Below are positions 1 to 7,494 of a stretch of DNA of 13,077 bases, piece after piece (position 1 is the stretch's first letter; every line of letters starts with the position of its first letter). Where the stretch lies: positions 1-13,077 of the forward strand of contig JAZBOO010000241.1 of the NCBI GenBank assembly GCA_036351155.1. Direction: 5' to 3'. The DNA is from Candidatus Krumholzibacteriia bacterium (GTDB taxonomy: Bacteria > Krumholzibacteriota > Krumholzibacteriia > LZORAL124-64-63). The notes beneath the pieces were generated by a model that worked only from the letters and a program-made list of their open reading frames with translations, had not been told where the DNA came from and did no database searches. The position numbers and the translations under genes are program-made.

Positions 1-3000
1 CACTACATTCCACGCACCTGGGAGGCCAGGTATGGATTTCCCTGTATCAACGCCTACAGCATGGGGGTGATCAATACCTGTTCCGAGGATGGTCTTTTTG
101 GCGACCCCGACCGCACCGAAGGATTCCTGGCCGCTTGCCTGGCCGACATGGTGGATGACGGGGTGGACGACGACGCCTTCTCGCCGGGATTTGACGACCG
201 GGCCTTCCTGAGCGACCGCATGCTGCTGGACGTCCTGGATGCGGGTGTCTACGGCAGCCCCATGGACTACCTGGAGGCGGTGCTGGACGCCAACCCCGAC
301 GACAAGGAGGACATCTGGTGGACCGGCATGAACAACGGGTTCAATCTCGATACCGAAAACCCCGATCCGGTGTACCCCATCGTGTGCGCTTCGCACACGC
401 AAGGCGTGCCGTCGGCCAACCCCAACCTGACCTTCATCTGGCAGCGTCCGGACGACGATGCTTCGGGGGTCCGGGGGTACGGGTACGTGCTGAGCGGATG
501 GGGGTATCCGGTGGATCCGGGGCCCTACATCGATACGTTCGACGAGTCCCCGGTCACGTTCGAGGATCTGGAACCGGGCACTTACTATTTCAGCATCAAA
601 AGCATCGACTGGGACGGCAACTGGAGCGACGACTACACGAGCGTCGGCCCGTTCATCATCACCCCGCCCCAGCCTCTCAACCTTGCGTTCGACCAGTTAC
701 CCGGCTGGGGCTGGTACGTGGTACCGCGCAACACCCAGGATGCCACGCTGACGCATTGCCCGCTGCCCACCACCCTGGACAGCATGGAGCCCACCTACTG
801 GAACGCGGCCGCCGAGAATAGTGGCGACCTGTACACGGGGGCGGACACCTACACCGCCCTGGTGATCGACGGCGAAACCGAGGACCAGTTCAACTGGGGC
901 AACCTGCCCGGCTGGTGTCCTTTCGTGGTCATGAACGAGGGACCCGAGCTGGTGCTGGGCGGCATGCACACCGTGTCGGCCAAGCTGGACCCCGCCAACC
1001 TGGTCAGCGAGACCAACGAAAACGACAACTACAAGGGCAAGCAGTACGCCTGGCGGCCGCCGGTGATCACTCCCGACTTCCTGTACAGCAACGGCCTGGG
1101 TGTGCCGCACTCCACGGGGGGGTGGGAGTCGGTCAGTTCCATGTCCATCTTCTACAACTGCTACGGCATGACCTTCAACTCGTCGGGGTGGTGGAACGCC
1201 TTCGTGGTGTGGGCCGACAACCCCGCCCTCGACTACGACGTGCGGTTGCACGAGGCGAACGAGGATCCTCTGGGTGGATTCCGTTTTGCCACCGACTACA
1301 GCAACCAGCCCGCGGGCTGGGTGGATGCCCTGGTGGTCAACCGCAACGAGACCGGGAATCAGCCCTGGGATGCCGGGATTCTGGACCACGCCGACCAGAC
1401 CGGCATGCACCGCTTCGAGCACGTGACCAGCTCCATGGTCGATTACCCCGACTCGGTGAGCGAGGTTCTGGGGGCCAACGAGTACCTGATCCTGCGCGAG
1501 TTCCAGCTCGAATTCCTGGAAACCGGGGGCATCAGCCTGGATCTGTGGACCGATCCGCCCCAGGCCGATGTGCAGTTCTCGTGGCGTGATCAGGACTTCA
1601 CCACCGGCGACATCATGGAAGCCGACGCCACCGCCTTGACGGGGGCCGACGGCCACGCCCACCTGGAAGTGGTGGCCGAGGAGGAAGGTTACACCTGCCT
1701 GATGATCTGCCGGCAACCCAAGGACGGCGACGAAGACCTGACGGTGCGGTACCGGATCAGGCCCACTCTGCCGGATCTGCGGCCTGCTCAGCTGGCCGGC
1801 TGGCACGCGCCGATGGTGCCGCGCCCGGACGACACGGCCACCGGGGCGCTGGTGCCGCTGCCGTCCGGACTGTACGGCGACGAGAACAGCACCTGGTTCA
1901 ACCTGGCGGTGGAAAACCACAGCACGGGGACGGCCTGGGGGGCCATGCGGTTCTACGGGCGCATCGACGAAGCCTACGGGTTCAGCCACCTGTATCTGTA
2001 CGACATCGAGGGCAACGAGCAGCGCACGGTGGTGAACAAGGGGCCGTACTCCATACCTCCGGGACGTCACACCGTGGTGCTGAACATCGATGCCTACAAC
2101 TACATGGTGGAGCTGGACGAAGAGAACAACACCTATGGCGAGCAGTACATCTGGCATCCGCCGGTGACCATCAACGGCGCCACCGACCACCGCGATCCGC
2201 CCACGGACATGGTGGCGGGCTGGACCGAGATCGATTCGGGTGCGCCGATTTTCTTCAACTGTGACGGTCTGCGCACCACATCGCAGGCCACCTACTGGCA
2301 GGCCGTGGCGGTGATGCCGGGCGCCGGCTCGGATGTGGATGTGCGGTTGCACGAGAAGGCCACCGGTCCCAGCAGCGGATTCGGGCCGTATCTGGACTGG
2401 TCCAGCTGGGGTGTGGGGCAGTCGGACTATCTGCTGGTGAACTTCAACATCACCGCTCCGCGGTCATTTGACGCCGGCGTGCTCAAGTATGCCGGTGATG
2501 AGGATTACGATGTCCAGATGGTGCGCGAAACCTGGCTGGGCGATGGGGCCGTGGACCACGGACCGGTGACCATGGCCGCCGAGGAGATCATGGATCTGTA
2601 CGAACTGCGCTTGCCGGTGGGGGCCTGGAGGGTCTGGCTGGAGAACACGGCGGGCAATGTGGACTGGGGGCTGTCGTACCATCGGGCGGACATGCCCTAT
2701 CAGGGCAAGCTGGACCTGCTGAATGGGTCGGCGGCGGCCTGGCACGAACCCGGGGGTGCCGACGAGAGTCTGGTGGTCGATATCGAAGTCCAGGACTACC
2801 ACGCCGTCACCGTGTGGAAGGTGGGGGCGGCCGACATGGGACAGGCGGGCAGCTATATCCTGCACGTGGCGCCTTGGTCCGGCTCGCCGGTCGAAGATGA
2901 CGGCTTGGTCCCGGCGGTCACGAGGGTGGCCGGTGTGTATCCCAACCCGTTCAATCCCCAGACCACGGTGGAGTTCACGGTGGCCGATCGGGGACCTGTC

Positions 3001-3192
3001 GCCCTGGCGGTCTATGACCTGACCGGGCGACGGGTGGCCACCTTGGTTGATGAGAGCATGGAGGTGGGCCGCCATACCCAGGTGTGGCAGGGCCGGGACG
3101 ATCAGGGTCGGCAGGTGGCCAGCGGCATGTACGTGGTGCGCCTGCAGGCGAAGGGAGTGTCCGATTTGAAGAAAATCATGCTCGTCAAATAG
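1..3192 (+). CDS. Large secreted/surface protein, 5'-truncated: FN3-like domain, two tandem ~366-aa modules (CARDB-like + beta-sandwich + PPC-like), C-terminal FlgD-Ig/T9SS-CTD-like domain
   Basis: Frame is open from base 1 (HYIPRTWEARYGFPCINAYS precedes the ATG at 61), so the true start lies outside the window. FN3-like segment LTFIWQRP...GYGY...FEDLEPGTYYFSIKSIDWDGNWS. CARDB-like motifs HTVSAKLDPANLVSETNENDN and HTVVLNIDAYNYMVELDEENN. C-terminus YPNPFNPQTTVEF...LAVYDLTGRRVATLVD...WQGRDDQGRQVASGMYVVRL...KKIMLVK. Stop TAG at 3190-3192. Confidence 0.9.
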   Translation, partial: HYIPRTWEARYGFPCINAYSMGVINTCSEDGLFGDPDRTEGFLAACLADMVDDGVDDDAFSPGFDDRAFLSDRMLLDVLDAGVYGSPMDYLEAVLDANPDDKEDIWWTGMNNGFNLDTENPDPVYPIVCASHTQGVPSANPNLTFIWQRPDDDASGVRGYGYVLSGWGYPVDPGPYIDTFDESPVTFEDLEPGTYYFSIKSIDWDGNWSDDYTSVGPFIITPPQPLNLAFDQLPGWGWYVVPRNTQDATLTHCPLPTTLDSMEPTYWNAAAENSGDLYTGADTYTALVIDGETEDQFNWGNLPGWCPFVVMNEGPELVLGGMHTVSAKLDPANLVSETNENDNYKGKQYAWRPPVITPDFLYSNGLGVPHSTGGWESVSSMSIFYNCYGMTFNSSGWWNAFVVWADNPALDYDVRLHEANEDPLGGFRFATDYSNQPAGWVDALVVNRNETGNQPWDAGILDHADQTGMHRFEHVTSSMVDYPDSVSEVLGANEYLILREFQLEFLETGGISLDLWTDPPQADVQFSWRDQDFTTGDIMEADATALTGADGHAHLEVVAEEEGYTCLMICRQPKDGDEDLTVRYRIRPTLPDLRPAQLAGWHAPMVPRPDDTATGALVPLPSGLYGDENSTWFNLAVENHSTGTAWGAMRFYGRIDEAYGFSHLYLYDIEGNEQRTVVNKGPYSIPPGRHTVVLNIDAYNYMVELDEENNTYGEQYIWHPPVTINGATDHRDPPTDMVAGWTEIDSGAPIFFNCDGLRTTSQATYWQAVAVMPGAGSDVDVRLHEKATGPSSGFGPYLDWSSWGVGQSDYLLVNFNITAPRSFDAGVLKYAGDEDYDVQMVRETWLGDGAVDHGPVTMAAEEIMDLYELRLPVGAWRVWLENTAGNVDWGLSYHRADMPYQGKLDLLNGSAAAWHEPGGADESLVVDIEVQDYHAVTVWKVGAADMGQAGSYILHVAPWSGSPVEDDGLVPAVTRVAGVYPNPFNPQTTVEFTVADRGPVALAVYDLTGRRVATLVDESMEVGRHTQVWQGRDDQGRQVASGMYVVRLQAKGVSDLKKIMLVK
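673..2874 (+). repeat. Intragenic tandem duplication (two copies, period ~1095-1101 nt)
   Basis: Collinear paired motifs: QLPGWGWYVVPR/QLAGWHAPMVPR, PLPTTL/PLPSGL, GKQYAWRPP/GEQYIWHPP, IFYNCYG/IFFNCDG, DYDVRLHE/DVDVRLHE, WDAGIL/FDAGVL. The 15-mer gtgcggttgcacgag is identical at 1240 and 2341. Confidence 0.9.
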
Positions 3193-3216
3193 ACAGCCTG
3201 TGGCCTCGCCCGCCCT

Positions 3217-3260
3217 GACGCCCTGCTCTCGGACCATCCGGGAGCGGGGCGTTTCTGGTT
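3217..3260 (+). terminator. Probable intrinsic (Rho-independent) terminator
   Basis: 17-bp stem gacgccctgctctcgga (3217-3233) / tccgggagcggggcgtt (3237-3253) with a 3-nt loop. All three non-Watson-Crick pairs are G:U on the + strand RNA. An interrupted U-rich tail (tttctggtt) follows; it lies 25 nt after the stop codon. Confidence 0.7.
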
Positions 3261-3287
3261 CCCTTGATGCCGTAAGTCGTGTATACT
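3259..3287 (+). promoter_or_regulatory. Possible sigma70-type promoter for the CHAT/ECF cassette
   Basis: TATACT at 3282-3287 (5/6 match to -10). The -35 position 17 nt upstream is only TTCCCT (3/6). It lies between the terminator and the GGAGGAGG ribosome-binding site. Confidence 0.35.
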
Positions 3288-3308
3288 CAATGTCGGAGGA
3301 GGGAAACA

Positions 3309-6300
3309 ATGACCTGGCGTCGGGCACAGTACGTGGCCGCCTTTCTGATTTGCCTGATCGGGGCAAGTGGCGGAGCTTGGCCTGGAGCCGGATTGGCAGA
3401 GACCTCTCGCCTGGAAGCCTGGTCCGCCGGCCTGGACCATCTGGACAGGGGTCACCCCCTCGAGGCCGCGGCGCACTTTATCGAGCAGATTGCGCACCAT
3501 CCCCAGCATCTTGAATTGTGGGAAGCGTGGCTTCAGGCCGCCGGAGCCACCGTGCACGCCGATTCGGTGGGTGTGCTGGCGGCGCGCTTGCAGCAGCGGA
3601 ACCCGGATCCCTGGGCCGCGCGGTACCTCCTGGCGGTGGACCTGCAGTGGCGGGGGCGGTTTGTGGCGGCCACCGACAGCCTGACCTCCCTGGCCGCGGA
3701 CTGTGAACGGGCGGGGGACCGGATCAGTGCCTGGACTGCTCGCCTGAGGCAGGCCGGCTGTCGCATCGATGGTTACCTGATTGCCGGATTTCCACAAAGC
3801 GCCGAGGCCTTGACCGAGGCCACGCCCTGGCTGGGGGCCCATCCCCGGGCGGTGGCCGAGAACGATCTCACGCTGGCTCACCTCAAGTTCAAATCCGATC
3901 AGCTGGACCGCGCCGAGGACCTGTACCTGGAGCTTCTGTCCCGGGCACGTGCAGAGGGCTTCACGGCCATGGTGTGCGACATTTGCAATGCGCTGGGCGG
4001 GGTCACGTCCAAGCAGCGGCGCCTGCAGGAATCGGTGGAATATTACGGGGAGGCGGTGGCTCTGGCTCGCGGCCTTCAGGACAGCCGCCGGCTGGTTCTG
4101 GCTCTGACCAATCTCGGTTATCAGTACACCAGCCTGCGCGCTCTGGGGCAGGCGAAGGCTTGCCTGGACGAGGCCAAGCAGCTGCTCGAAACCCAGGGGC
4201 AACGGCGCATGCGTGGGAGCGTCGAGGCGGGGCTGGGGGCGCTGGAGGAGATGGCCGGTCACCGGCAGCAGGCCGTGGATCATTTCACCCGGGCCATTGC
4301 GCAGAATGAAAAGGGCGGCAACCGGATGATCGCCCTGGGGGCGCGTCAGCGGCTGGCCTACAACCTGTCGCTCATGGGGCGGTACGGCGAGGCGCGCGCG
4401 CATTATCACACCTGCCTGGACAGCCTGGAAGGCGGGGGGACCAGCTTCATCCTCAACTGGGTTTACGGGGGGCTGGCGCTGGCCAACCAGCGCCTGGGTT
4501 ATCTGGACGAGGCCGTGGATTATTTCCGGCTGGCCCATGCCGTGAACCTTGAGATGGGCGACCGCATGAGCGCGGCCTGGTGCCTGGATTCGCTGGGACA
4601 GATCGCTGCCGTGCGCGGCAATTACAGCGAGGCCATTTCCCTGAGCCACGAAGCGCTGGAGGCCTATCGTCAGCTGGGCGATGGCGAGGGCGAGGGCGAT
4701 GTGCGGGCCGGTCTGGCCGAGGTCTACCTGAGGCTGGGCAACGTGAATGAATCGCTGGAGCAGGCGGCCATGGCCCAGCAGCTTGCCGAGGCCGCGGGGG
4801 CCGAGGAACTGCTGCGGCGGGCGGCCCATGTGACGGCCCGGGCCTATGACCAGGCGGGACAGCAGGACAAGGCCGAGGCGAACTACCGTCGGGTGCTCGA
4901 GGTGGCACGGCAATGGAGCGATCGCCTGTCGGAGGTGCGCGTGCTGAACGATCTGGCCGACCATTGTCTGCGGACGGGTCGTCAACAGGAGGCGCGGGAG
5001 CATTTGGACCTGGCCCTGACCCTCATGTCCGGCGAGGAGTACTTCCCCGTGCGGGCCCGGACCTGCTTGCTGCTGGCGCGGGCGGCCGACAGTCCCCAGG
5101 AAGCGGTGGACTGGGCCGGCAGCGCCCTGCAGCTGGCGCGCAGCGGAGGGTTCCCCGAGCGGGAGTGGCAGGCGCTGGCCGATCTGGGCCTGTACCAGCG
5201 GCGTCTGGGCGAGATCGATCTGGCTGAAATGTCGTTGCTGGAGGCCATTGACCGGGTGGAGTCGCTGCGCCGAGGGGCGGGTGCCGATGAACTGCGGATG
5301 TTCATGCTGGAACCGGCTCTGGCGCCCTATGAACGCCTGATCGATCTGTATGCAGATGAGTTCCACGATGCGCGCGGCGCCTTCGCGGTGAGCGAACGGT
5401 CGCGTGCCCAGGTGCTGGCCGGCCGCCTTCAGGCGGCCCGGGTGGAGCAAGGGGAAACCGAGGAGTGGCCCGAAGATCCCCGGGAACGCGACCTGCGCGC
5501 TCAGCTGACCTTCCTGCAGTCGCGGCTGCAGGACATGGATCTGAGCCGGGTGGAGCGGGATTCGCTGCGCAGCCTGGTGGGCAGTGTGGAAGAGGAGCTG
5601 GCCCTGGTTCAGCTGCGGCGCGTGGCGGGCGATGACGGAGGAGTTTTGTCGCCCCTTTCCACCGACGACCTGCTGGCCGTGCTGACTCCCCGCGAGCACC
5701 TTCTGTCCTATTTCATTGGCGAGGAAAAAACTTATCTGTTCTCGGTGACCCGGCACGAGGTCCAGGTTGATGTGCTGGGGCCCACCAGCATGCTCAACGA
5801 GAAGGTGTCGCGGTACCTGCAGCTGCAGCGGCGGGCCCAGTCGAGAGACGACCTGCCCGGTGTGGTCATGATCCAGGCCCGAGGCGAGCTTTACCGCTTG
5901 CTGGTCGAGCCGGCGGCGGGCGATATCGCCCGTGAGGCCGATCTGGTCATGGTCCCGGATGGCCTCCTGCACCGCCTGCCTTTCGCGTACCTCCACGATG
6001 GTCAGCGTTACCTGGTGGAAAAGAACACCTTGTTCGTGACCCCCTCGTTGCGGGTGCTGGGCGAGCTGCGGTCGCGTCCGTATCGACGCCCCGGCAGAGA
6101 GGGCGGCGGCAAGGTCCTGGCCATTGCCGGTGAGGCGGGCGACACCACGCGCACCCATCCCTACAACGAGGATTCCCTGTCCGAGCTTTCGGATCTGCCG
6201 GAAGCCGAGGGCGAGGTGTGGCAGCTGGCGCGCCGGTTCCCCACGGCGGAGGTTCTGGTGGGGACGGCGGCCACCGAGCAGCGTCTGCGCGGGGGATCGT

Positions 6301-6899
6301 TGCAGGAGGCCGACATCATCCACGTGGCGGCCCACGGCTATTCCGACCCTGTGGATTTCCGGAAGTCCTACATCATGCTCAGCCGTGAGTCGGGGGTGGA
6401 TGGGACCGGTGACGACGGCCTGCTGCAGTGGCAGGAGATCATGAACCTGAACATCAACCCCAGCCTGGTGACCCTGGCGTCGTGTCGCTCGGCGCAGGGC
6501 GTGTTCAGCCGGGGCGAAGGGATCACGGGTTTGACCCAGGCGTTCCTGCAAGCCGGCTCGCGCGGGGTTCTGGCCAGCTTGACCGATGTGCCCGACCGCG
6601 GCACCCGCTGGATCATGGACCGCTTCTACAGCGAACTGGCCAAGGGAAAGACGGCGGCCCAGTCCCTGCAGACCGCCCAGCTGGCGGGGCTGGAGTGGGC
6701 GCGTGAGCAGGGTCGCGAGACGGTGATGCCGGGGGTGGCATTCGTGTTGATCGGCGATGGCGAGCTGCGCTACGCGGGGGCCCAGCGCCCCTGGAATCTG
6801 TGGCTGGTGGTGATGGGTCTGCTGCTGGTGGTGGGCTCGGTGTGGATGGCGGCCGGTGCGCCCAGAAAGTTGTGGCATTTCCCGGAAAAACAGGTCTAA
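3309..6899 (+). CDS. TPR-repeat CHAT-domain (caspase/separase-fold) cysteine protease, exported and C-terminally membrane-anchored (1196 aa)
   Basis: SD ggaggagg before ATG 3309. Signal-peptide-like N-terminus MTWRRAQYVAAFLICLIGASGGAWPGAGLA. About a dozen ~40-aa TPR-like repeats (e.g. CLDSLGQIAAVRGNYSEAISLSHEALEAY). CHAT motifs AFAVSERSRAQVL, LVMVPDGLLHRLPF, LPEAEGEV, ATE, IIHVAAHG (His codon 6333), DDGLL, LVTLASC (Cys codon 6483), GEGITGLTQAFLQAG. Hydrophobic C-terminal helix LWLVVMGLLLVVGSVWMAAG followed by RK. Confidence 0.93.
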   Translation: MTWRRAQYVAAFLICLIGASGGAWPGAGLAETSRLEAWSAGLDHLDRGHPLEAAAHFIEQIAHHPQHLELWEAWLQAAGATVHADSVGVLAARLQQRNPDPWAARYLLAVDLQWRGRFVAATDSLTSLAADCERAGDRISAWTARLRQAGCRIDGYLIAGFPQSAEALTEATPWLGAHPRAVAENDLTLAHLKFKSDQLDRAEDLYLELLSRARAEGFTAMVCDICNALGGVTSKQRRLQESVEYYGEAVALARGLQDSRRLVLALTNLGYQYTSLRALGQAKACLDEAKQLLETQGQRRMRGSVEAGLGALEEMAGHRQQAVDHFTRAIAQNEKGGNRMIALGARQRLAYNLSLMGRYGEARAHYHTCLDSLEGGGTSFILNWVYGGLALANQRLGYLDEAVDYFRLAHAVNLEMGDRMSAAWCLDSLGQIAAVRGNYSEAISLSHEALEAYRQLGDGEGEGDVRAGLAEVYLRLGNVNESLEQAAMAQQLAEAAGAEELLRRAAHVTARAYDQAGQQDKAEANYRRVLEVARQWSDRLSEVRVLNDLADHCLRTGRQQEAREHLDLALTLMSGEEYFPVRARTCLLLARAADSPQEAVDWAGSALQLARSGGFPEREWQALADLGLYQRRLGEIDLAEMSLLEAIDRVESLRRGAGADELRMFMLEPALAPYERLIDLYADEFHDARGAFAVSERSRAQVLAGRLQAARVEQGETEEWPEDPRERDLRAQLTFLQSRLQDMDLSRVERDSLRSLVGSVEEELALVQLRRVAGDDGGVLSPLSTDDLLAVLTPREHLLSYFIGEEKTYLFSVTRHEVQVDVLGPTSMLNEKVSRYLQLQRRAQSRDDLPGVVMIQARGELYRLLVEPAAGDIAREADLVMVPDGLLHRLPFAYLHDGQRYLVEKNTLFVTPSLRVLGELRSRPYRRPGREGGGKVLAIAGEAGDTTRTHPYNEDSLSELSDLPEAEGEVWQLARRFPTAEVLVGTAATEQRLRGGSLQEADIIHVAAHGYSDPVDFRKSYIMLSRESGVDGTGDDGLLQWQEIMNLNINPSLVTLASCRSAQGVFSRGEGITGLTQAFLQAGSRGVLASLTDVPDRGTRWIMDRFYSELAKGKTAAQSLQTAQLAGLEWAREQGRETVMPGVAFVLIGDGELRYAGAQRPWNLWLVVMGLLLVVGSVWMAAGAPRKLWHFPEKQV

Positions 6900-6903
6900 G
6901 GGA

Positions 6904-7494
6904 ATGGAGAGGGATTGGCAGGGAGCGACCGACGGAGCCCTGGTGGACGCCATCGTACGCCAGGGCAGCGAGATCGCCGGAACCGAGCTGTTCCGGCGCT
7001 ATCGCAAGCGGGTGTACGTGTGGTGCTTCAACCTGGCCCACGACCGCGACGAGGCGGTGGACCTGACCCAGGAGATCTTCATCCGGGCCTTCCAGGGACT
7101 GGAGGGGTTCGATGGACGTTCCCGGTTCTCCACCTGGCTGTACCAGATTGCGCGCAACCATTGCTTGAACGTGGTGGGGGCCCGCAAGCGGCAATGGCGC
7201 AAAAGCCTGGCCGACCTGGAAGGGGTGGACGCCCCTGATCCGGGGGTGGTGGACCAGCTGGAAAAGATGGAACAGGCAGGCGAGCTGGACCGGCTGCTGA
7301 AGAGCGCGGCCCGGACCATGAAGCGTGAAGAGCTGGAGGCTTTCGTGTTGCACCACCGCGACGGGATGACGGTCAAGGAGATCTCGCGCCTGTTGAAGTG
7401 CGAGAACCAGACGGGAGCCCGCACCCTGATCCAGAATGCGCGCCGCAAGTTCGGCCGGCTGACGGGGCCGACCCAAAGGGGACAGGATTCATGA
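6904..7494 (+). CDS. ECF (sigma-70 group 4) RNA polymerase sigma factor (196 aa)
   Basis: Region 2 motifs ELFRRYRKRVY, EAVDLTQEIFIRAF, FDGRSRFSTWLYQIARNHCLN; region 4 HTH AFVLHHRDGMTVKEISRLL...LIQNARRKF. No region 3. ATG is 4 nt after the CHAT stop. Confidence 0.95.
   Translation: MERDWQGATDGALVDAIVRQGSEIAGTELFRRYRKRVYVWCFNLAHDRDEAVDLTQEIFIRAFQGLEGFDGRSRFSTWLYQIARNHCLNVVGARKRQWRKSLADLEGVDAPDPGVVDQLEKMEQAGELDRLLKSAARTMKREELEAFVLHHRDGMTVKEISRLLKCENQTGARTLIQNARRKFGRLTGPTQRGQDS

Noticed and set aside
3309..3335. Twin-arginine (Tat) signal in MTWRRAQY
   Set aside because: RR is present but the following residues fit the S/T-R-R-x-F-L-K consensus poorly; treated as Sec-type or undetermined.
3102..6953. 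1283-aa ORF on the minus strand
   Set aside because: Antisense shadow of the CHAT gene. Long stop-free reverse frames are expected from GC-rich codon bias, and it has no recognisable motifs.
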